The translations under genes and the position numbers were made by a program. The notes beneath the pieces are model-generated. The model did not search any database, was not told where the DNA came from, and saw only the letters and a list, made by a program, of their open reading frames with translations. A DNA stretch of 64,000 bases from Dipteris shenzhenensis (taxonomy: Eukaryota): NCBI GenBank assembly GCA_047967505.1, contig CM106538.1, one strand, 5' to 3'. Shown piece by piece: positions 24,483 through 35,500 of the stretch; the first letter of the stretch is position 1, and each line of letters begins with the position of its first letter.

Positions 24483-26633
24483 CTATTTATGTACGGCTTG
24501 ATCTAGAGGCTACTCTACATGGTCCAAGCTCTCCCTATCATCATTTTTCGGAGAATCTATTTTATGCTGCTCCATCCTGTCCTGTACAGTATGTTGGTGC
24601 TGCTCCATTGTCTCCTCTACTGCCCCAGGAGCATCTGTTTGCTGCTGCTCCACCATCTTCTCCTCAACAACATCAGTAGCAGGTCCTTGCTCCTATGGCT
24701 TCTCCTCATCAGCACTAGGTCCTTGTTCCTATGGCACCACATTAGCTTCATCTGTGGCATCAAGGTGTATGAGACCTTCTTGTACTTTAGAGCTCTCACG
24801 CAACTCGACAGTAGCTGGTACAATAAGTTTGGGGGAGGCATAGCTCAAAAACTTCCAAATTATATGAGCTCGGAAATTATATACATAGTTTGAGCTGAAG
24901 CTATCTTCTTTCATCTGCAATGGCATATGATGATTTAGAACACTTTGTATCACTATCAATTATCTTCAAGCTAAATGATAATAATTTTTTCTTACAAGGT
25001 CTAGCTGTTGTTTCTCAAAATAGCTTGAAAGTAGATATTTGGCACTGATCAGCACTCTCCATCCACAGCTACTTGAATCATCTTGTTGTGGTGTCTAAAC
25101 AGTTGGAAAGATATGTTAGAAACTGTTAACATCTGAACAAAATAAAATTATTCAATAAGTTCAAAGGCATAGCATGAAATAGACATCAGTAGAGGGACTG
25201 ACTTTTTACCTCTAGATTTATTGGCTCTATTGAATCCAAAAGAGAGACATTAGGAGGACAGTGATCCAATGCATCTAGAAGCCTTCTAATACAATTGCAA
25301 TACATATAATTTAGTTAGTATGATATCAAAATAATCAAGTTTTAAGTTCAAAAAGCACACACATTACTTACAATTTTAGCTCTCTATGTGTGTTTTTAAG
25401 AGAGTTGAATATAAAGCATTGCTTCTGCTAGATGTCAATAGAAACAAAACTCCAGTGGTCACTGCATAAGGAAAAAAGCATTAGGAAATCAAAGGCTACA
25501 AGAGTTCTCAATCGTAAAGAAGAATCTTAAAAGAAGCAGTCACCCACATACCTGTTATGTTATGGAAGTAGCAAAACATCGATAACTTCAAAATTGCAGT
25601 GTCTGAACCAGTTGGAAATACCGATGGGAGTTTCCCTTGCATCTCTTAACTTAGAAGAAATGGTAGGATCAATAATATGGACTGTATGCTGTACAGAGGG
25701 GTGAAGCCAGCTTCTCATCATGCTGCATAGGACCAAAAAATAATTAGGGTAGGGTATAAAGGAGGTATAAGGAGGATTGTTTTGCAAAAAATGTAAAATA
25801 ATAGACACTTACTAGAGCATTGCAAGAATGATAGTATCTGAGCAATACTCATTCTTATGAGCCAATGCTACCAAGCATGGTTTTGTCAAGTCAAAATCAT
25901 TCACTGAAAATTCATCCTCAATATGGACAACTATATTAGGGCCCAGCTCCTGCAACCTTCTATGTATCTGCAGCTCCCTCTTTCCAGTCTCCACATCTAT
26001 AACAGATTTTGTTTCTTTTATTTGCTGCTTCAGTGACTCCTCATAAGCAGCCTTCCCTCTGGTGTTCTTTGAGTGGGTTACTTCAACAACCTTAACCTCA
26101 TCTACCTTCAACTTCCTTGTAGGTGGAATTAATAATATGTCTCTCATCTTTATGTCCTACCATTCCACAGGATGAACAAGCTTGTCATACCTCCATCTCA
26201 CTCTGGACAAAGTGTTGAATTCTTTGGTCATCAAAGTCACCCTGTGAGCATGGGCTGCTACCAGCATTGCATCTTCAAAATATTTTTCGAAGTAATCCTC
26301 TGCCATTTCCTGTAAGGAAAGAATGGCAGTCTTGTTCCATCTGAGCCCAAGGTGCCAACAATCACATATTTCTTTCACCAGTCTTTAAAAAGGTGCCTTG
26401 GGGATTGCAAAGCCTATAGCTTTCTGTTGCTTCCTGATCTCCCTTAGCACACCTGCACCATGATTCAATCTCTTGGCCTTTTGCTTGAGTAGGCTCATTG
26501 GCTTACCCTTCCTGCCATGTGCAGCTCTTCCCTTTGGAGGCACACTAAATTTCTTGGTACCTGCCCTAGCTGTTGTTGCTACAAGCCCTGGCCCTTTGCC
26601 AGCTTTCCTTGCAGTTGACTTGGTTCTTGCCAT
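24483..26633 (-). pseudogene. Divergent histone H3 fused to a Ulp1/SENP-like (C48) protease domain (cargo)
   Basis: MARTKSTARK..LREIRKQQK..IPKAPF*RLVKEI..LRWNKTAILSLQEMAEDY..FEDA..AHAHRVTLM, then the same frame continues past TAG 26157. Five GT-AG introns (25812-25723, 25551-25462, 25371-25286, 25209-25095, 24995-24915) keep the frame and give SDTII, LLP*HNSDHWSFVSID, FNSL and TPQQDDSSSCG (Cys at 25065-67). Confidence 0.8.
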
Positions 26634-26740
26634 CACTCTGACAAACTGCATACAAAGCAATGGAAAGAGATTACAGCCATGGAGAACATGGTATGACACA
26701 AAAAGGCAATCACAGGGGTGGATGAAGCAACATTGAAAAT

Positions 26741-28156
26741 TTTGCAATAAAACGCGATATGAGGAGTTTGAAATTCCTAGTAGGTCCAAATCGCGTTTTC
26801 CTGCAAATACCTGAAGTGACATGCTGGTGCATTCCTACAGTGATTTCTCTGTCTTTACAACTCAATACAATATGAATGGATTTTATGCAAGAAAAGTAGA
26901 GCCATGGAGAACTATGGAAGTCACAAAACCAGAATGATAGGGGTGGATGAAGCAACATTTCAATATTTGCAACAAAATGCGATTTCGGCTGTTTGAAATT
27001 CCTAAGGCCTTCTCCTCGCGTTTTCCTGCAAATTCATGAGGCAGCATGCTGGAATATGCCTTCAGTCATTTGAAGGTGTTTGCATGTCCATGCAGGATGG
27101 ATTGAGTGTATGGAAGGCAAGAAGTGTGCACAGACTGAAGGAAGAACCCATAAGTACAGTTTTACCCTCACATGCAATTATCACACTTGAAGATCTGCAT
27201 TCCTACAATGATTTCTCTGTCTTTCCAACTAAATAAAATATGGATTGAGTCTATGCATTTCCATGCGGGATGGATTGTTTCTATGGTAGGCAAGAAGATC
27301 GTAAAGACTGAGGGAAGAACCCATTAATACTGACCTGAAATCTATCTGTGGGTATGCTGTGCTGCTGATGAGTACCCTGTGCTAGGGATGAACCTGTGCT
27401 ACTGGTCAGGATGCTGATGTTGCAGAGTATGGAGGTAGGGAGGCAAGAGAGCTGAGACTGGAGGGCAAGAGGGCTGAGATAGGATACCACAAATAAGTGC
27501 AAAATACAAATAAGGCAGCTACTAAATCCCACATGTATGGAATGTAGTCGTTTTTCACACGTGTAGATGGGACCCAGATCTCTTGGAGTTTGAAACTTGG
27601 CACATGTGAACAGTACACTTTATGCCTTGGAACTTGTGCCATTCATGATTTCATAATCAATTCAACAATCACTCTTCCCTCCCCTGCCTCCCAATCTTTC
27701 ATCCTTGCCAGGACCCTCGCATCTTCCTTTTCCTTCTCTCTCTGATCCTTTCCTACCCAGCACACTCCATCCAGACTACAACCTACCTGAAGACTACTAC
27801 CACTACCAGATCTCCAGGTTACCTAGAGTGCAGAGTTAAAGCTAGTGAAAGAGCAGGAGATTCACCAGTGCAACTCCAACAACATGGAAAAGGAAAGAAA
27901 AGGTCAGAATTCTAGATTGTTTTCAATGTTTTTTGACATATATTTCTTCCATCCATTGAATTTTTGATGTTCAAATGTCTTCACTCAGCTCCACCCTTCT
28001 TGTTACATATTCAATTGATACTGTCCAAGAATGTGGTAAATCACCCAGGAATTTGATTGGAGATGGATATGAATAGAACCTAGAAATTTGCAACAAAATG
28101 CGAGGAGAGTGCTTTATACATTTCTAGGTAGCCCATATCGCATTTTGCTGCAAATT
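26741..28156. repeat. Three copies of an inverted-repeat motif TTTGCAnnAAAAyGCGA-(31-34 nt)-TCGCrTTTTnnTGCAAA
   Basis: Copies at 26741-26807, 26965-27033 and 28085-28156. Confidence 0.8.
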
Positions 28157-28391
28157 CCTGTTGTTGACACATTCCTCATGAAAAGCTTCACTCAGCTCTA
28201 GCCTTTCTCTTGCATATCAACTCATACTGTCTAGGAATCAATGAGATGAACCTAGTGTTTGATTTGACATGCATATCAACAGAACTAGAGCAGCAACTAT
28301 GCAGTGCCCATGCTTCCAGGTGTCTTGATTGGTGGAAAGGATTATGTTTTCCTCCATGATATAGAGTGTATGTTTAATTTGAGGGAGGACT

Positions 28392-29090
28392 ATGCCATTT
28401 CCCTTATTGCCCAGGCTTGCCCAGGCTTCAAGGCTTGACAAGGAGGTTGGCATAGAGGATGACCATTCACTATTGGCTTTGGAAACAATTTTTGATCCTG
28501 CAGAGGCCCTTACTTTTTGTTTCAAAGAGGCTGAAAAGTTCCAAGAGCCAGATGAAGCTACCTTCCAGCTCACACAGGAAGCTATGAATCTCTCAGCACT
28601 ATACACAGAAAAGCTTAAAGAAGAGGCTAGACTGGAGGGGAGAGGAATAAATCTTTGGAAAGATGAACTGCTTGTTGCTGATGAAAATGAGAAGGTACTT
28701 CAAATCAAATACTTTGTCTTCTACTTAAATGTTTTGTAGGTTGTGTATTGTCTCACTCCAATCTTTTGATATGTGGCAGCTACAAATTGAGGATGACACA
28801 TTCCTCCAGAGATCAAGTGGAAGCAGGCCGGTTGGGTTTTGCAAACTGTCAAGCCTAGCTCATTATATTCATGATCTAGGCAGTGCTAAGATCTTGATTT
28901 ACCATAGGCAGTTGAGCAACAATGGAGAACCCATTGTTTACTTCTTAAAATGTTTGTCCAAGGTTTTAGGTGGACATGATCTTTCATGGCAAAAGGAAAA
29001 GATCATTTTGATAGAGAGGTTGTCTGCCATAGATATATTTGGAGATTATGTGAATAAGCAGGCCTCTAGGGCTGCTTACTTTTTGTCTTA
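28392..29090 (+). pseudogene. Unknown protein (cargo ORF X), apparently 3'-truncated
   Basis: ORF 28392-28695 splices via GTACTT..GGCAG into the frame of ORF 28729. It runs head-on into the truncated transposase at about 29090. Confidence 0.4.
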
Positions 29091-29122
29091 CAAATCAAGT
29101 ACAAAACAAAAAATGATCATAC

Positions 29123-30283
29123 CTGGAACCGAGCCTAACCACCATATGTGTTTCTCTGACTGCACACTAAAATACTTCGAACTCACTTCAGTCAATGATG
29201 TATCAATTGCTCCATTCATCAATGTAATAGTAACTCTTTCCATTTTCTTTTCCTTTACAACCTCACACTCATCCAGTTTGATAACAAATTTCAAAATTCC
29301 TTTGCACTCCTCAAATGTTATTCCATAAAACTTGACCATTCTTCTTTGAAGTTGTTGTAGATCTACAAATATATTGTTCCAAGGATTATACATAGTGGGT
29401 CCTTTACCACCATGAAATATTTCTTCAATATGGATATATTGCCCAATAAATTCATCTATACTTTCATTCAAATGACCTCTTATCCTCCACACGATTGCTG
29501 GATTTGGCAGTAAAACTTGTTTAATCCTTTGATCTTTCAAAGTTGAGGATATCACATGGAAAATCAAACTATATCCCTTCCTGCTAACTCCACTAACATC
29601 AAGAGCCTCTTGGATTGTAGTGCCATCAACTTGATTATTGGATACAAAGTCCTGATTTGCGGTAAGGGACGAAATAGATATAGTCATTTGAGAACCTTTT
29701 TGAGTATACAAAATGATAAATTTCAATCTAACCTTGCTTCTTGAATTCGTCGCTTGCATCCACCAGTCCCAGCCTTCAAATTTGTAATGTTTTTAATCTT
29801 CCTACTATGTAGTCTGTCTCCAAGCACGGTTCTCTTCTTTCTTGCTCTTGTCAACTCTTTTTTACTCTTTGAATGCTCCTCAATTTCATTCTACAACTGC
29901 TGCTCCAATTTTGCATGAATGGCTATCTCCTGCATCTTGTCCCCCTTTTCTTGTAGATACATCATTTTATACGTTTCCGCAAATGCAGACTAAGCTGAAA
30001 TATAACCAAGAAGTCCATTTTGTCCATCGCCGACAAACCTCAGTAGTGTGGTGGGATTGACAAATGGAGGTGTAGAGTTTTTTACTTGACATTTTGGATA
30101 TATGCTTCCATCGCACCATAAGTCAATATGTTGAAGCCCTTCTCTTCTCATATTTTCCCGCTATTGAGCATTCAGCACCGTATCCTTTCGTCTTTTTTGT
30201 GCTGGAGCATATTGTTCGTCTAAGTCGATGTGAAGATGGTGTAATCGCTTCTTCTGAGATAGTGACTCACCAGTATCGGCCAT
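29123..30283 (-). pseudogene. N-terminal half of a putative DDE transposase (RAG1/Transib/P-like or Spy-like; superfamily unresolved)
   Basis: MADTGES start, a coiled-coil-like stretch, basic RKIKNITNLKAGTGGCKRRIQEAR, then LKFVIKLDECEV (candidate first catalytic Asp 29271-73), MERVTITLMN and FSVQSEKHIWWLG. Three TAG stops, a frameshift at about 29720 and a splice donor at 29122. Reads inward from the right TIR. Confidence 0.55.
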
Positions 30284-32000
30284 TTTTTGTGCTTCTGAGG
30301 TTGCAAAGTTTGCTTGTCAATCTCATAGTCATTTTGTAACATGAATCGTGGAAGTGTGGCAGTATCCATGTGAATATTTTGAAAACTTGCAATCACCAAG
30401 TTCAATGATGGATTCTTTATGAAAGGCCTGCACACGTCGGCAAAAGAGATGTGGAATCTTTGGTGAACAAAAAAAAATCTAAGGAGATATTTAATGCAAA
30501 ATTGTGTTAGTTAGACAAAAGATTATCTTATTCCTTTCTGAATTGATAGTTCTATAGTCCTTACTGACAGTTCTGAGCCACATTTTTGTATTTTACTATT
30601 TTGGAGGTCTTTTAGGAGAGAAATAAATCAAAAAATAGTGAATTTCTTATAGGGCCCCAAAATGAGCTCCCTGTTTCCCTAATGAGTAGTGAAAGATGAG
30701 CGAAGAGCAAATGGAGAAATTCAATAAGTTTTGTATCCTCAATAGGAAGGAGATGTAGAAGTGGATTGAGAGATATGAAGCAGTCAAAGCAAAAAGAATA
30801 GTTACAAGGAAGAGATTCAGAATCATTTACAGGTGATCGCAACCATATCCACGGGATCTCGCCCTTCTCCCCACTCACATGTCACTTGATTGGCTACAAC
30901 TGGCTCTATGTAAAGCTGAACACAATGGAGAGACAATAAACGAGCGCGAGTGAGAGTTATCATCTGGATGTATGATGCATGTAAGTTTCTTACCTATTGA
31001 CGTAATTAAGTAATTATTTGTGGCAATATACACTATAAAATAGACGCATCTTCATTGTTTTAATGATGCTCTTTTGCAGTACAAAAAGTACACTGCATTA
31101 TGGTTGTATGGACAACATTTTTCCGTGGAACGCATCGATTCAAAGAGAGTCACATATGATTGGGAGTCATGGCTAACTTCACACAAGATAGTCGAGCAAG
31201 TGCTTTGGATACTAATCTTCTCTCCTCGCAGTTGGATTATTATGGGACCATACGTGAAATCTATGAAATTGATTTCAAACGATTTAGTTTTTTCATTCTT
31301 GATGTAAAATGGTTTAGAACTATTTACACAAGTCCCCATGCGACAGTGAGAAAAGATAGTGGCGGTTTCTTTGTAATAGACTCCACCAAACTTTGGACCG
31401 ATGAAAGTCATACTTTTGTTCTTCTTGAGCATTGTGAGCAGGTGCATAATAATGATTTAATTAATTGAAGCTTTCGTTTTTAAAGATCCATTGATACATG
31501 TACTTAAGCATAATTTCATATACATAATTGATGGCATTTGGCACCCATCTTCAATATAGGTGGTTTTTCATCCGGATCGTTCTGATCCCAGATGGTGGTA
31601 CGTGATCCAAGTTTCACCACGAAGTAAGCAAATTTTTGAAGATAGAGATGTGGATATGGAGATGCCATTACCAATGTCGGATCCAATTGACCCCGATGGT
31701 GTTGAGATATCAAGCTCTACCCCCGATATATCTCCTGGATGACTATCATTTATGTCACCGCCTATGTTAGTTGTACTCGTGGTGTAGTTAGACTACCACG
31801 TATGTTTTTGGTTTGGGTTCACATATGAACCACATATTCTAGGTTTTGACATATAGGGTATTTCCCTCTTCTATTGTATTATTGTTGTTGTGTGCAAAAG
31901 TGAAGAAAGGCTTCACCCTCCAACCTTGTGTCCTCTCTCTTTTGTGTGTTGTGAAGAAAGCTGAACTTGAGTCTCCTATCTCTCTCCCTTATTCTTTACA

Positions 32001-32013
32001 TGGTATCAGAGCC
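32001..32013 (+). promoter_or_regulatory. Primer binding site, tRNA-iMet type
   Basis: TGGTATCAGAGCC directly after the 5' LTR. Confidence 0.93.
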
Positions 32014-32577
32014 TTGTTCGTGGTAAGGAGCTCAAGAAAGCAAGCCAAGTTTGTGGTGTCCTGGTAAGAGGACCAGTGTTGCTTTCCTATTTCGAGTTTG
32101 GGAGCAAATCTCTGCAGGTAGCACAGCCAGAAGTGCAGGAGTGCACTGCTTCAGATTGAGAGGCCCTTCGCGGTGTGGCGAGAGCGCAGTATATGCCGCG
32201 GGCGAATGCGAAGCCCTCGGTGACTTTATTTTTTTGATTTGAGGCCGTTTCGAGGCCCGTTTTGAAGGCGGAAGTTCTTCGCAGGCACTCAGAAAAAGGC
32301 CCTGTTTTTGCTGTGCGACCACTGCGCGGCTAGTCGGTGGAAAGGTGCCACAGAAATTGCATCGTATGCCTGTGTGCAGAGATATTGGGAGTTGCAGATT
32401 CATGCCTGTTTCCTGTTGATGCAAAATCGTCACTAGGAAGTGACTGTGTGGTGAAATACCACTTTCGTCAGTGTTGCAGATCTGCCCCTGTGAGGCTTTT
32501 TGCAGAAGTTTTGCTATTTGCCCTTCTGAGGCATTTGCTGTGTTTACAGGTTGCTGTTGCAATTTGTGATTTGTAAA

Positions 32578-35500
32578 ATGTCTGAGAATCTGTCTACCAT
32601 TGTCAGTGAGAAGCTTGACAAGAACAACTTCCAAGCATGGAAGTTCAGGATGACAAACTTCCTCATGGGAAAGGGAGTTTGGGAGTACATCAGTGGTGAA
32701 ACTGCAGAACCAGTTTTGGGTACTGCTCCCACTCCTGCTGAATTGAAGGCCTTTAAAGAATGGCATGAAAAAGCCAGAAAATGCTTGTATTGGCTGTCTG
32801 TTAGCATTTCAGATTCTATGATTGTGCACATACAGGATGTAGAGACACCTAAGGAGGCATGGGATACATTGGTGAAGCTATATAGCACAAATACCAAAGC
32901 ACGAAAGATGCAGCTAAAGCAGGAGTTGCACAATGTGCAAAGGAAAAATATGAATATAAATGAGTATTCCTTGAAGGTGAAAGGCCTTGCAGATTCTCTT
33001 GCCTCCATTGGAGCACCTGTTGATGATGAGGACTTAGTGTCCGTGACCTTGAATGGTCTTGGGAAAGATTATGCACAGTTTCGGACATCCATTGGAGTCC
33101 GTGAAACATTTCCTGATTTTCAGGAACTTATTGCTCTCTTGCTGAGTGAAGAGCAAAGGAATGGTGGTTCAGCCACCTCAACTTCTCAAGAGACTGCTTT
33201 CTACTCGAATACAGGTAGAGGCAGGGGTAGAGGAAGAGGCCGTTTTGGTGGCCGTGCAGGAAATCAGAACCAATAGCAACAACAGGAAAACCAGTCCTAT
33301 GGAGGAGGACGTGGTAGTTCTAGAGGCAGGGGGAGCCAAAGAGGCCGTGGTTCATGGCAAAGGAACCAGCAAGTAAATAGCAGCACAGAATGCTATTATT
33401 GTGTGGAAAGCCTGGACACAAGGAGAATACATGCTATAAAAAGCAGAATGACATCAAAAGTGGGAAGTTGCAGCAAAGCAACTATGCATCATCAAGTGGG
33501 CATGGTGACGACAGAAATGAGCACCTTTTTGTGATGCAGCATATGGTTAACTCCATGTCAGGAGATGCTGCAGCTTGCAATGATGTTTGGTATGTTGATT
33601 CAGGTGCCTCTAATCACATGACCAGTCATGGTGAGTGGTTTCATGATGTTAGAAATTTGGATAAGCCAAGTTATGTTGAAACAGGTGATGATACTGCGCA
33701 CCCAATTACGCAAGTTGGTAAAGTGCCATTGGCTATGCAGGATGGCAAAACAAAGTACTTGGCAGATGTACTTCATGTTCCAAAAATCACTAAGAACTTG
33801 GTTTCAGTTGGCCAGATGGTTGAGCAAGGTCTGCAGGTTAGATTTAATCCTGATGGATGCTTTGTTGAGGACTTGAAAAATAAGTCCGCTTGGTTGCGAA
33901 AGGCAACAAAAATGGCAGAATGTTCACCTTGGATGTTGATATGCCTGAGGTGAAAGCTGCTATGTTTGCGCATGGGAGAGGTGTCATTGCAGATATTGAG
34001 ATATGGCACAAGCGCATTGGGCATGTGAATATACAAAGGCTGAAATATATGCAAACGAAAAACATTGTTGCAGGTTTGCCTAAATTCAGAGTTGAGGGAA
34101 TGCAAAAGGTATGTGAAGCATGCCAAATGGGTAAGCAGGACAGACATGCATTTCCCAAAAATGCTAAGGTAAGCAGAAGACCTTTGGAAGTGATCCATTC
34201 AGATGTTTGGACAACCAAAGCTGCTTCTATTGGTGGATGCCATTATTATGTGACGTTTATTGATGACTACACAAGGAAGGTGTGGATTTATTTTATGAAG
34301 CACAAAAGTGAAGTGTTCAGCCATTTCAAGGCTTTTAAGGCCATGGTTGAAAAAGAGAAAGGGTTGCATATTAAAGTGCTAAGATCTGATGGAGGGGGAG
34401 AGTACTTTTCAGAAGAATTTTGTGAATATCTGAAAGAACAGGGAATTCAAAGGAAGTACTCATGCAGGTCTACCCCTCAGCAGAATGGGGTTGCAGAAAG
34501 GAAGAACAGGCATATTGCAGAAGTAGGACGGGCGATCCTAAATGAGAAAAACATGCCTGATTATTTTTGGGCTGAAGCAGTAGCAACTGCTGTTTATATT
34601 ATGAACAGAACTCCCACTGCAGCTGTCCATGGCATGATGCCTGAAGAAATGTATACAGGCCAAAAACCAAATATTTCTCACTTGAAGGTATTTGGTTGCA
34701 TAGCGTATGTTCATGTTCCTGATGAGAAGAGAACCAAGCTGGATCCAAAGGCAGAAAAATGCATCTTTATTGGATATGCTCAGCACCAGAAAGGGTATCG
34801 CTGTTATAACCCTTCCACTCGCAAAATGCAAGTGAGCAGAGATGTTGTTTTTGATGAAATGAGCAGCTGGTATGCACCAACTATTATGGTAGGAGATGCA
34901 GATGCAGGAAATGGGAATGCTGCAATAAATGTAGAGCAGCAATCGCAAGCCTTGAGTGGACCCAGAGAGTCCTCTACTAGTGGATCTAATGCATGGACAG
35001 GGAGATTGAGATCTAGTGAATCGTCACATGGCAGTCCTGATAGTGTTGTGCAGGTATCACATAAGGGAAAAGAAAAAGTGGACCATACTCCAGTGTTTGA
35101 TGTGTCTGCTGGTAGCTCTCATGTTGATGGAGAGTCAAGCGGCTCTGAAATGAGCCTTGATGAGGAACTTGGGATTCCGTCTGTTGTTACACTTGGTGCA
35201 AGGAAAAGCAGGCATGATTTAAAGACTCGTGCAACTGATCCAGTTGTACGGAGGTCCACTCGTATTAAGTATCCAGTTGACAGGCTGAGATATGATGGGT
35301 ATACAGCACATCACTATGCTTATATGGTCAAGGTTCTAGAGAAGCCAGAGCCCACATGTTTTGAGGATGCAGCAGGGCATAAAAATTGGGAAGCAGCTAT
35401 GGATGAAGAGATGGCTGCCTTGGATGCAAACCACACTTGGGATTTGATGCCTTTGCCTCATGATAAGAAGGCTATTGGCTGCAAGTGGGTTTACAAAGTA

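Larger units (their letters stand above)
15124..30684 (-). mobile_element. TIR DNA transposon with no TSD, carrying chromatin-related cargo genes
   Basis: 32-bp TIRs, 30/32 identical: CATTAGGAAAAAAGGGAGCTCATTTTGGGGCC at 15124-15155 and the inverse at 30653-30684. The flanks GGATCCGTGTGT and AGTAGTGAAAG rejoin exactly to the empty site at 11351-11373. Confidence 0.88.

Noticed and set aside
26157-26633. Host centromeric histone CENH3 gene
   Set aside because: Loop 1 is not extended, the H3 part is intronless, has a stop, continues in frame into a protease and lies inside TIRs; treated as TE cargo.
30430-30460. HLFCRR peptide on the minus strand, resembling the RAG1 RING
   Set aside because: Only six residues, no other Cys/His ligands, upstream of the likely ATG; probably chance.
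15123-30685. Helitron (5' TC start, no TSD)
   Set aside because: Has 32-bp TIRs, no 3' hairpin-CTRR end, no Rep/helicase, and the target is T|A rather than A|T.
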